From a virus (lineage: Duplodnaviria > Caudoviricetes), in the IMG/VR virus record IMGVR_UViG_3300037780_000213, positions 1 through 42,672 of that record: a DNA stretch of 42,672 nt; one strand, written 5' to 3'. Both the position numbers and the translations under genes were made by a program. The stretch's first letter is position 1. Each line of letters starts with the position of its first letter. Below the pieces are notes generated by a model. It was not told the DNA's origin and searched no databases. It saw nothing but the letters and a program-made list of their open reading frames with translations. Shown here one piece after another: positions 16,159 through 24,811 of this stretch.

Positions 16159-18162
16159 TTACGGGTTTTTCCAGCCGCCCCGGAAGTCCACCAGGGCCGC
16201 CGCGAAGTCCAGATAGACATCCCATTCCATGCCCATGACCTTGGACGTTTCGCGGGAATGGATCTGCGGCCCTTCCGCACCCTCCAGATAGGCATAGACG
16301 ATGTTTGCCAGCATCATCGGGTCGACCATCAGATACCAGGCCGAAGCGCTGTCATCGCCCAGAATGGGCTCGATCAGCGGCTCCAGCTGCTTGTGGCTGG
16401 CCGGCACCACGTCCGCAGACTTCGTCGGCACGACCACATTGGCCAGGTACTGTTCGATGGTGGTTTCCAGTTCCGCCGGGCCAAGCAGGAACGACGGCGC
16501 ATAGTTCAGGCGGTTGCCGTCTTTATTCTTCTGCTTACGAATGCCCGTCTTGCCCGCACCGACCGTCGTTGCGGAAATCGCCCCCGACGATCCGGCCAAG
16601 TTCGAGTGGTCCACATGGAACTGCGCCTTGCCGTCCGACGACAACTTGCCGTTCAGGAACACGTTCCAGCCTTCCGCATTCTCATAGCGCGCCGCCGCCT
16701 GGCCGGCCCCCGTCGCCATATCCGCGAAGGCCCCCAGATCGTCATTGATCAGAGCCTCACGTGACAGGGCGATGCGACGACCGACCGTTTTCAGCTTGAA
16801 GCTTTCGGAACTCTCCGTCAGCGACCCGGAGACCAGTTCCCCGTGTTCGTTCAGCGGCTTCATTTCGGGAAAGTCGCCATTGCGCACCACATTCCGCGTA
16901 CGGAAATCCGACGCACTCATGCGCTTGGCGATCCGGTGGAACGTGATGGGGGCCGCCTCATAGGCCGGCAGCAGGATGCGGATGGCCGTGGATTCCAGCA
17001 ACATCGGGAAATCGCTGGTGGTCATCGCGCGCTCAATGATCTGGCCGGCCCGCATGCGGCGGGTGTCAATCCCCCGCGCGGTCAACAGGTCATCGGCCAG
17101 CCCCGCCATGGTCGACCCCATATACTGGCGGCATTCCTCGGCGGGCTGCAGGCCGTTGAAACGGGCCGCGACCGCTTCGGCCATGCGCGGCACCATGATG
17201 GCCGGGTCTTCATTGGACTCGCCCACCTGGGTCGCCGCCTGCCCACGGATGGCATTGGACGCCGCCCCGCGTTCCGCGTGCATGTCGATCAGTTCCTGAC
17301 GGGCGACCCCGACATTGATGCCCCGCGAAATCATTTCATCCGCGACGCTCTCTTCGAAACCCATATTGCGCACCGCCTTGCGGATCTCGGCATCGTTCTG
17401 CCGCGCCGCCGCGACGGCAGCATCCCGCGCCGCCTTGTCATCGGTCGCCGGCGCTGCAGGTGCCGGCTGTTCCGACCGCACCGCCGTGGTGGTGGCCTGT
17501 TCCTGGCCGGACTCAGCGCCCGCCCCGGACTTGCGATTGTCGTTCTTGTCCATGGTGTCCTCGTTGCTGTGGGCGGTTGCCCGGTTGACATATTCACAGG
17601 GATTGCTGCCGGTTTCGGCGGATCGCGTCCCTGCATTCGCATCCGCCCCGATCGGCACCATAGAGATTTCCATAGGTTGCCAATCCACCGCCCGATAGAT
17701 CGGGTCCTTGCCCTCTTCCTCGACGATTTCGTACTTCCGCACCGAATAGCCGACCGACACGTTTCGGATAATGCCGTTCCGCACATCCTTGAAGATCGGC
17801 TCGACATCCTCACGATCGGAGAAGCGAACGGTCGCCCGCCCTTCGCCGTTCTCCAGGCTCGCCGTTTCGACAACCCCGATCACATCGGAAAGGTCATAGC
17901 GCCCGTGGGTGTTCAGCAACGGTGCGCCGGCATTCAGTCGCGACATGTCCACATGCGCCGGGTCCAGAGACAGTTCCTCGACATAGTAGCGGTCGCGCCA
18001 ATAGTCATACCGCCGCACGCCCGCGCCGGTGGACCAGACCAGGTCGACCGTGCGGCCTTCCGCGTTCAGGGTCGCCGGCGCAACCCCGGCCAGCCGTGTC
18101 TGCATCGGCAGGTCGTGACTTGCCACCGCCTTGCGCTCTTGGTTCTGTTGTTCAGGTTTCAT
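16159..18162 (-). CDS. Prohead protease-major capsid protein fusion
   Basis: N-terminal protease (PLLNTH, VSVGY, EISMVPIGAD), a linker, then a capsid domain (TSDFP, EALINDDLGAF, YLEG, DFRG). Confidence 0.9.
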   Translation of the reverse strand: MKPEQQNQERKAVASHDLPMQTRLAGVAPATLNAEGRTVDLVWSTGAGVRRYDYWRDRYYVEELSLDPAHVDMSRLNAGAPLLNTHGRYDLSDVIGVVETASLENGEGRATVRFSDREDVEPIFKDVRNGIIRNVSVGYSVRKYEIVEEEGKDPIYRAVDWQPMEISMVPIGADANAGTRSAETGSNPCEYVNRATAHSNEDTMDKNDNRKSGAGAESGQEQATTTAVRSEQPAPAAPATDDKAARDAAVAAARQNDAEIRKAVRNMGFEESVADEMISRGINVGVARQELIDMHAERGAASNAIRGQAATQVGESNEDPAIMVPRMAEAVAARFNGLQPAEECRQYMGSTMAGLADDLLTARGIDTRRMRAGQIIERAMTTSDFPMLLESTAIRILLPAYEAAPITFHRIAKRMSASDFRTRNVVRNGDFPEMKPLNEHGELVSGSLTESSESFKLKTVGRRIALSREALINDDLGAFADMATGAGQAAARYENAEGWNVFLNGKLSSDGKAQFHVDHSNLAGSSGAISATTVGAGKTGIRKQKNKDGNRLNYAPSFLLGPAELETTIEQYLANVVVPTKSADVVPASHKQLEPLIEPILGDDSASAWYLMVDPMMLANIVYAYLEGAEGPQIHSRETSKVMGMEWDVYLDFAAALVDFRGGWKNP

Positions 18163-19684
18163 CGGAATCCCCTTCCATGTCCGGCAGCGTGGAACCCGCC
18201 GCCCGCGCTTGTGTTAGTCCCGCACGGCTGACCTTGCGCGGGTCGGTATCCAGGACCAGTTCAAGTTCATCCTGCCGCGCGTTGCTTGCCGCGATTTCTT
18301 CCAGGTGTTCCTCCGGGTCACGCCCCGTTGCCGCGATGGCCTGGTCCAGCGTCTTCCGCCCGGACCGAATGGCCTGGTCGATCGCACGACCGTCCTTGTC
18401 AGGGTCAATCATTGGACGTTCCGGGGGCTGCCAGATCGCGGCACGGGCAAGCGATTCCCCGCGCTTCCCCATCGCCTGCAGCAGCGAGTCGACCCGCCGC
18501 CACGTGGATTGGCAGAACTGCGGCACCACCATGAACTGCTGCCAGTCATCGACCAGCCCCCAAAGGTCCAGGTTGCCCGCCCGCAGGCTGGAATAATTGG
18601 CCTGCCGCAGATCACCGGTCAGCTGCGCATAGGTAATCCCCGCGCCCGCCGCCACGGCATGCAACTGCTGTATCAGGTAATCGACATCCCCTTCCGACCC
18701 GGACGGGTTGCCGAACTGGACATCTTCGTCGGCGCGCAAGTAGTTGATCATGCCGGGGGCCAGTTGTTCGATGCGCCGGCCTTCCCCGTCCTTTTTGCCC
18801 TTACCCAATATGCCGCTTTGAGGATCGCCGCTGGTTTTCACAAACGCGACGAAACACGCCTCGATTTTCTTTTTGACCAGGCGCGCCTCGTCCAGTTCGT
18901 CAATGTCGCGCAGCTTCATGGCTGCCGGTGCCAGGAACGGCACACCGTGGACCTGTCCGGCCCGCAGAACGTCAAACACCGGCTGAACGAAATCCGCCGA
19001 CACACGTTGCGACGTGTAGTGGCGGCGGATGGAAGAGACCCCCGCGCCGGGGTGCTGGTCAAACAGCCAGTAGGCTACCCGACGCCCCGCAGCATCGTAT
19101 TCAACGCCCTGGATGATCAGCCCGCCGGAACTGGTCGGGCCGGTCTTTCCCAGGTCCACATAATCCGGCTCCAACACCCGGACCTGCAGGGGAATATCCA
19201 TTTTCCAGTTCGCCGGGCGCGGCAGGTACTGAATTAGCGCCTCTCCCGATTCACAGACAGCCCGCACCGCCTGCTTGCCGATGCCGTAAAAATTGGTCAT
19301 CCCCTCCGGGTCGCAGGAATCGACAAACGCCTTCCATTGATCCTTGGCAAGCTTTCGCACCTTTTCATCCGGGTGGGACACCCGTGGCATGATGCCCGTG
19401 CCCCAGATCTTGCTGGCCAGGACGCGAATGGCCTTGGCGGCATAGGGGTTGTTCCGCACCAGTTCCCGCGACCGGTTGCGAAGGACCGCAAGGTCAGGGC
19501 CGATTTCGGCATTCGCATCCGCCCCCGTCGCCTTCCATCCATCGGTGCGCCGGTTCAGCCGCGCTGCGTCGTATTTCCGCAGAACCCCTGACACTTCGTC
19601 CATGGTTGCGCGGGCGGACAGACGACGCATGGCATAGGACGGCCACACGCCCGCAAGGGCGCGGTCTACCCAGGTCACTTTCAT
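18152..19684 (-). CDS. Lambda-family portal protein
   Basis: LRNRSRELVRNNPYA, QGVEYDAAGRRVAYW, RAGQVHGVP, LTGDL..ANYSS.RAG and IDPDKD. Confidence 0.92.
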   Translation of the reverse strand: MKVTWVDRALAGVWPSYAMRRLSARATMDEVSGVLRKYDAARLNRRTDGWKATGADANAEIGPDLAVLRNRSRELVRNNPYAAKAIRVLASKIWGTGIMPRVSHPDEKVRKLAKDQWKAFVDSCDPEGMTNFYGIGKQAVRAVCESGEALIQYLPRPANWKMDIPLQVRVLEPDYVDLGKTGPTSSGGLIIQGVEYDAAGRRVAYWLFDQHPGAGVSSIRRHYTSQRVSADFVQPVFDVLRAGQVHGVPFLAPAAMKLRDIDELDEARLVKKKIEACFVAFVKTSGDPQSGILGKGKKDGEGRRIEQLAPGMINYLRADEDVQFGNPSGSEGDVDYLIQQLHAVAAGAGITYAQLTGDLRQANYSSLRAGNLDLWGLVDDWQQFMVVPQFCQSTWRRVDSLLQAMGKRGESLARAAIWQPPERPMIDPDKDGRAIDQAIRSGRKTLDQAIAATGRDPEEHLEEIAASNARQDELELVLDTDPRKVSRAGLTQARAAGSTLPDMEGDSDET

Positions 19685-19689
19685 GGCGA

Positions 19690-19890
19690 TCAATCCTTGG
19701 AGAAGCTGGCGAAGGACTGGCGGTTGACCCCGCCGGACGCGGCGGCAATCTGGTCCCGCGCATAACCCAGCGCGGCCTTTAGTTCCCCCACCCCCCGGTA
19801 AGTCACTTTCCTGCCGTCCACTTCGACACTAAGTGTGCCGGTCATTAGGGCGGCTTCCAGGTTGTCCACGTCGGACTGTGAAATGGCCAT
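19690..19890 (-). CDS. gpW-like head completion protein
   Basis: 66 aa between terminase and portal; G..SVEVDGRKVTYR motif. Confidence 0.85.
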   Translation of the reverse strand: MAISQSDVDNLEAALMTGTLSVEVDGRKVTYRGVGELKAALGYARDQIAAASGGVNRQSFASFSKD

Positions 19891-19892
19891 GG

Positions 19893-21923
19893 CTATCCCC
19901 TGCCCAGCCAGTCGCTACCGCGCCCGCCAAGCCAGTCATTGGAGCCTTGATCGTCGCGCCGTTCCGCCGCGTCGTCGTCTCCGGTTTCGGTTACAGCTTC
20001 CATGTCTTCCGCCGGCGCTGCCGCATCCGGTTTCTGCAGCCCGACCCACAAAGCTTCCATATCCGCCTGACCCTTACCGGGCAGCGCGTTCCGTTCCGCC
20101 GCGATCTCCAGCCAGTCATCCATGGTCAGATGCGGCAGGCCAAGCAGCGGGTGCGCAGCCAGGGCCATGTTGTAGATGCGGCAATCGTGCAGATGGTTCG
20201 GCCCGACCGAGACCCATTCGCGAACCTGCCGGCCCTTGCGATTGACCTCTTTCAGAATTTCTGCCGTCAACTGCTTGAAGTAGCCGTCGTCGTGGAACTC
20301 CGAGAAATGGCAATAGCCCGGCGGATCATGCGCTGCGCCGTCGCGCAATCCATCCTTGCGCAGATCCGCGTACAGTTTGGATTTCAGCGACCACGTTCCG
20401 ACCTGCCACACTTTCAGACCGCGCCGCTTTTTCTTGCCCTTCCAGTTGACGTCCTGGTCGGACGCGGTGCCGATCGCCGCCTTGCCCCAACCGTCCATTC
20501 CTTTCAGGGCCAACACATTCACGTGCCGGCGGACGAAGGCATAGACCGCGTCGGTATTGAACCCGGAATCCACCCCCACCAGATCGATGGGCCGCCGGTT
20601 TCCGAAAGCATCCGGGTAAGTGCGCTGCACCACCGCCTCGAAAGCCCGCCAGGCCTGAGACGCAGGGTCCGCCGTATCCCCCGGCAGGAAGCCCCAATCC
20701 ACTGACCAGTTGACCTCCATGGCACCCCAGGCGACCGTTTCGTAGTACAGGCCATCGGCCTGAACGTCCGACGCCAGGGTCAGCACCAGACCGCCCGGCG
20801 GAATGGCCCGCATCGGATAGTCGGCGCGCCGGGAATAAAGGCGCTGCCATTCCGGCGCGTCCCCGCGTTCTTCCCATGCTTCCCCAAGCCACAGGTTTAC
20901 GAAGGCCTTTAGTTTGCCCACGTCGTCCCTGGATTTGATGAACGCTTCCGCTACCTTGTCCCAGGTTGTCAGCAGGGACACCAGCGCATCGATATGGTAA
21001 CTCGGATGCCGGCCCGGCCCCGGATTGTCCGGGACCCATTTACCCGCCCGAACCATCGCGCGCTTTTCGTGGTGTTCGATGACCGCGCCGCAATGGGCGC
21101 AAACATAGTGTGCCTGATACGGCCAGTCGGTTGAAAATTTCAGACCGTGCTTGGCGTCCTTCCCGCCAAACACCAGCCGCTGGAACTCACCACAATGCGG
21201 GCAGGGCACCTGCCAGAACCGCTGGTCGCCTTCCTCGAAGGCGTGGTCGATGCGGGACTGCCCCTTGATTGTCGGGGTGGACGCCTCAAAAAGCTTGTAG
21301 TCCCCCGTGGCGTGGAAGGCCGTTTGACGCGCCTTCGCCATTTCCATCGGATCGCCCTGGCCGTCCAGGTCCAGCGGCCATTCGTCCACCTCATCGCAGA
21401 ACAGATACTTGACCGTTTTCGACCGCAGATCGGACGCGCTGTTCGCGCCAGTCAGCGTCAGCGACCCACCCTGAAACCGCTTATGCAGCGCCGTGGAAGC
21501 CCCCGCCGATCGGCTGCGGTGCTGCCACACCTTCCGGCGCAAGGACTCCGAAGCCTCAATTGTGGGCGTAAGCTTTTCCCGGTTGAAGTCCTGCACCGCG
21601 TTGATGGTCGGAAACACGACCATCATCTTGGCGGGTGTCTTGTCTATGACCGACCCGACCCAGGCGATACCTGCTTCGGTCAGTCCTGTTTGTGCCGATT
21701 TGCGGACACTCACCCGGTTGTGCGGACTTTCGGCGGCCAGGTTATTCAGGATCTCCACCACATAGGGTGTCAGATCCGCCGACCACCGGTGCCCGGCCTG
21801 CGGCCCATCCGCCACGACCAGGTTATCCGACGCCCACGCCGCCGGCTCGATAACAGGGTCCGGCGCGATGCCAACGGCCAGCGCCGCCGCGATCGCCGCC
21901 AATGTGCTTGTTGTCTTAGCCAT
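19893..21923 (-). CDS. Terminase large subunit (GpA family)
   Basis: KSAQTG.TE, DEVD Walker B, STPT, VPCPHCG, VDSG and NHLHDC motifs. Confidence 0.95.
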   Translation of the reverse strand: MAKTTSTLAAIAAALAVGIAPDPVIEPAAWASDNLVVADGPQAGHRWSADLTPYVVEILNNLAAESPHNRVSVRKSAQTGLTEAGIAWVGSVIDKTPAKMMVVFPTINAVQDFNREKLTPTIEASESLRRKVWQHRSRSAGASTALHKRFQGGSLTLTGANSASDLRSKTVKYLFCDEVDEWPLDLDGQGDPMEMAKARQTAFHATGDYKLFEASTPTIKGQSRIDHAFEEGDQRFWQVPCPHCGEFQRLVFGGKDAKHGLKFSTDWPYQAHYVCAHCGAVIEHHEKRAMVRAGKWVPDNPGPGRHPSYHIDALVSLLTTWDKVAEAFIKSRDDVGKLKAFVNLWLGEAWEERGDAPEWQRLYSRRADYPMRAIPPGGLVLTLASDVQADGLYYETVAWGAMEVNWSVDWGFLPGDTADPASQAWRAFEAVVQRTYPDAFGNRRPIDLVGVDSGFNTDAVYAFVRRHVNVLALKGMDGWGKAAIGTASDQDVNWKGKKKRRGLKVWQVGTWSLKSKLYADLRKDGLRDGAAHDPPGYCHFSEFHDDGYFKQLTAEILKEVNRKGRQVREWVSVGPNHLHDCRIYNMALAAHPLLGLPHLTMDDWLEIAAERNALPGKGQADMEALWVGLQKPDAAAPAEDMEAVTETGDDDAAERRDDQGSNDWLGGRGSDWLGRG

Positions 21924-22455
21924 CGTCCGCCAGCAGGTTCAAGCTATCCACAATCATGGTTTCAAGCCCGCGCACCTTTTCCTTAAGAAGCGCCCGGACG
22001 GCATCCGCGCCGCCATTCCGCGCCGCCGCGTCCAACTCTTCTGACCACGTGACGATGCCATCCAGCCCCTGGCGAATACGGCGGCCAGACGCGACCATGG
22101 CGTCCTCCACTTCCTGCCGTGGCAGGACCTGGCCCAGCTGCTTTTCATATTCCAGCTTGGCCAGCTTCGCCGCATATCCTTCCCGGACAGTGCGCGCCGC
22201 GTTGTATGTGACTTTTCCAGACCCGGAATGCGGCACATCCCCGGCATCGTCCGGCGGCGGCAATTCAGTAGACGTCGGGGCCTGGCCTGCCTGCTGCCGC
22301 GCCGGGTCGCCGTTCTGCGCCCGCGCGAAATCAGCCTCCGCAAAGTCGATTTTGCGGTCGGGCCTGATTGGGATTCGGCCCTCTTTGACCATCTTGCCAA
22401 CGGCTTGTTTGGTGACACCGATATGCCGGGCGTATTCCGCCTGCGTACCAATCAT
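21916..22455 (-). CDS. Terminase small subunit (Nu1-like)
   Basis: N-terminal winged HTH (TQAEYARHIGVTKQAV) and a coiled coil; overlaps the terL start. Confidence 0.85.
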   Translation of the reverse strand: MIGTQAEYARHIGVTKQAVGKMVKEGRIPIRPDRKIDFAEADFARAQNGDPARQQAGQAPTSTELPPPDDAGDVPHSGSGKVTYNAARTVREGYAAKLAKLEYEKQLGQVLPRQEVEDAMVASGRRIRQGLDGIVTWSEELDAAARNGGADAVRALLKEKVRGLETMIVDSLNLLADDG

Positions 22456-22463
22456 GTTTCACC

Positions 22464-23747
22464 TCACGCTGCCTTGTCGCGCCGCTCCCGCTCCACATCC
22501 CCGAAGGACTGCCCCGTGGCCTCCAGGATCGCGGGCTGCCCTGTCAGGTCCTGCCAGCGGCGCACGATCACATCGACAAACTTTGGTTCCAGTTCGATAA
22601 CCCGCGCGGCGCGCCCCCGCGTCTCGCAGGCAATCAGGGTGGACCCGGACCCGCCGAATGGTTCCGCCACGACGTGGCAATCCGGGACCACATCCAGGAT
22701 TTGTTCCATTAGTTCGACCGGCTTCTGGGTCGGGTGCAGTTCGTTCCGCGTGCGCTTGCACTTCAGAACATTGCCGCTGCCGGCCTTCACATCGAACTTG
22801 TAGCCGGCACCACCCACGCCGCACATAACCAGTTCGTGCTGCGCCCGCCATCCATTACCCAGACCTGCCGACCCCTTGTCCCAGACCACCATGGATTTGA
22901 CGTTGTACCCCGCCGATTCCATGACATCGAACAGGTAGGACCACATCCGCCAATCGGTGAACACATGCGCGACCCGCGCCGGGAAGTTCCGCAGCACATT
23001 GCCGATTAGCGCCTGGTAGCCACGGGTCGACAGCGCGTCGTTCGCAATCTTGATACCAGTAGCACCAGCGGCACGCCGCCCGATACCCCCGGCACTCCGC
23101 CCGCTTTCCTGGAACCCCCCGCTGCAGTAAGGCGGGTCGGACAGCAGCACGTCCGCGCGACCCCCGGCCAGCACCCGCGCCGCGTCACGATCGCTTGCAC
23201 TATCGCCACACAGGACCAGGTGGTCCCCCATGACCCAAAGGTCGCCTTTCCGCGTTGTCGGATCGGACGCGGCTTCGGGTGCTGCATCCAGATCCTTGCC
23301 GCCATCGTCGGATGCCGCGTTCCTGGATACATCCCCCAGAAGCTTGTCCAGTTCCTTGTCGGACCAGCCCAGCCCGACCAGATCAAAGTCCAGCCCGTCC
23401 AGGTCGCGCAACTCTTCGGCCAGCAGAACCTTGTCCCAGCCGGCCAACTCCGCCGTCTTGTTGTCCGCCAGAATGTAAGCGCGCTTTTCGTCCGCGCTCA
23501 GATGGGCCAGCGGCACCACCGGCACCACATCCAATCCCAGGCGCTTGGCCGCCAGAACGCGGCCATGCCCCGCAATGATTCCGCCGTCCTGGTCCACCAG
23601 GACCGGATTGTTGAAACCGTAGCGCCCGATGCTGGCCGCCAAGACCGCCACCTGCGATTCGGAATGCGTCCGGGCGTTGCGGGCATAGGGCACCAGATCC
23701 GCGACAGGCCGCCACTCTATCCGACCGGCCCCGACCATTTCATCCAT
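22464..23747 (-). CDS. ParB-like N-terminal domain fused to N6/N4 DNA methyltransferase
   Basis: PYARNARTH...IIAGHGR...ADNK (ParB) plus DPPY, HPTQKPV and PFGGSGST. Confidence 0.9.
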   Translation of the reverse strand: MDEMVGAGRIEWRPVADLVPYARNARTHSESQVAVLAASIGRYGFNNPVLVDQDGGIIAGHGRVLAAKRLGLDVVPVVPLAHLSADEKRAYILADNKTAELAGWDKVLLAEELRDLDGLDFDLVGLGWSDKELDKLLGDVSRNAASDDGGKDLDAAPEAASDPTTRKGDLWVMGDHLVLCGDSASDRDAARVLAGGRADVLLSDPPYCSGGFQESGRSAGGIGRRAAGATGIKIANDALSTRGYQALIGNVLRNFPARVAHVFTDWRMWSYLFDVMESAGYNVKSMVVWDKGSAGLGNGWRAQHELVMCGVGGAGYKFDVKAGSGNVLKCKRTRNELHPTQKPVELMEQILDVVPDCHVVAEPFGGSGSTLIACETRGRAARVIELEPKFVDVIVRRWQDLTGQPAILEATGQSFGDVERERRDKAA

Positions 23748-23768
23748 GCGCGCGCCCCTCCGGTCCCG

Positions 23769-23816
23769 GTCAACCTGCGCAGCCGCAAAAGTCAACCGGG
23801 TCAACCGCAGTCAACC
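23769..23816. repeat. Four GTCAACC direct repeats (cosB-like terminase binding sites)
   Basis: Copies start at 23769, 23791, 23800 and 23810, next to the cosN-like site. Confidence 0.55.
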
Positions 23817-23835
23817 GTGTTTGAAAATCGAAAAA

Positions 23836-23891
23836 CTACCGAATTTCCGCGCCCGCGCCACCCGCGTACCTTGGGGTGGGGGAAGGACCCG
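23836..23891 (-). other. cosQ/cosN-like packaging site
   Basis: Minus strand GGGTCCT (23890-23884, same as lambda cosQ), then AGGTACGC-GGGTGGCGCGGG-CGCGGAAATTCGGTA, versus lambda AGGTTACG-GGGCGGCGACCT-CGCGGGTTTTCGCTA. Confidence 0.65.
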
Positions 23892-23942
23892 CGACCGGCC
23901 AGGCGGCAGGCCGCGCGACAGGGTGGGAAGTCGGAAAGACGA

Positions 23943-23974
23943 AGGCCCGCGCCGGGTGTTCCGATCGCGGGCCT
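23943..23974 (-). terminator. Hairpin between the late-regulator-position gene and cos
   Basis: AGGCCCGCG...CGCGGGCCT arms followed by TCGTCTTTCC on the minus strand. Confidence 0.4.
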
Positions 23975-24016
23975 GTTCGTGGATGGCTGAAACCATGTCA
24001 AACTTTTTCCCGCGCG

Positions 24017-24646
24017 TCAACGGGGTTTGTTCTGCCACGGCATCCGGGGCGCGTCCGGTCCGGTCACGATCGTGTCTTCCAGGTCCAGCCGGGTGGACAG
24101 GATTGCCAGCGCCCCCCACCAGACCAGATAGGTCTCGCGCAGGAATTCCACGTGTCCGGGTTCCGGGTCATACCGCAGCACGCAATGCGACGGCCTGCGC
24201 CCGGCTGCGTCGTGGTATTCGATCAGCGGCTTGCCGTTGCCGCGCAGCACCGGCACCGGGCGCGGCGTCTTGCCCGCCATACAGTCGGGTCGCCCCGCCG
24301 TCTTGGCGTGGTGAATGACCAGACCGATTTCCAGCGGCGACAGGCAGCACACCGCATCATGCACCGTCTCGGCATCCGGGTGCAGATCGTTCCCGCCCTG
24401 CCAGTCATTGCCGCTGCAATCAATCTGGGTCCCCAGTTGCCCGTTGCGCTGCACGGTCAGCAGATTGCTGCGGCATCCGGCAGGATACAGACCCGACACG
24501 ACCCGCGCCGTTACCGTGTCCGCCGCCTGATCCTGGTAGGTCCAGCGCAAGATTTCTTCCACATCCACCGCTTTGCGAGGGTTGCGAGGGTTCGCGACAG
24601 TTCCGTGCGACGGTCTGGCCCCGGCATTATCGCTATATTTCAACAA
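24017..24646 (-). CDS. Hypothetical protein at the late-regulator (Q-like) position
   Basis: GGAGG RBS before TTG 24646; last gene before cos and the late operon. Function inferred from position only. Confidence 0.55.
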   Translation of the reverse strand: MLKYSDNAGARPSHGTVANPRNPRKAVDVEEILRWTYQDQAADTVTARVVSGLYPAGCRSNLLTVQRNGQLGTQIDCSGNDWQGGNDLHPDAETVHDAVCCLSPLEIGLVIHHAKTAGRPDCMAGKTPRPVPVLRGNGKPLIEYHDAAGRRPSHCVLRYDPEPGHVEFLRETYLVWWGALAILSTRLDLEDTIVTGPDAPRMPWQNKPR

Positions 24647-24811
24647 GTTACGCCTCCATTGCGAGGGTTGCGATAGTTGTTTCACTCAATCCCGTGTGCG
24701 CGCTCACCCGCCCGACAGCGGCTGAACAACCCTCGCAACCCTCGACACCCTCACAAGGCACTGATTTTCTTGCGGTATTCGGTGCGAGTGTTGGCGAGGG
24801 TTGCGAGGGTT
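24575..24811. repeat. Iteron array GCGAGGGTT in direct and inverted orientation; putative replication origin
   Basis: Direct copies at 24575, 24584, 24661, 24670 (variant), 24784 (variant), 24794 and 24803; inverted copies at 24728, 24737 (variant) and 24746 (variant); directly after the P4-type helicase gene. Confidence 0.7.

Noticed and set aside
16843-18231. 462-aa plus-strand ORF
   Set aside because: Antisense shadow of the protease-capsid gene.
24575-24811. CRISPR-like array
   Set aside because: The repeats are 9 bp, tandem and in both orientations, with no regular spacers and no cas genes; they fit iterons.
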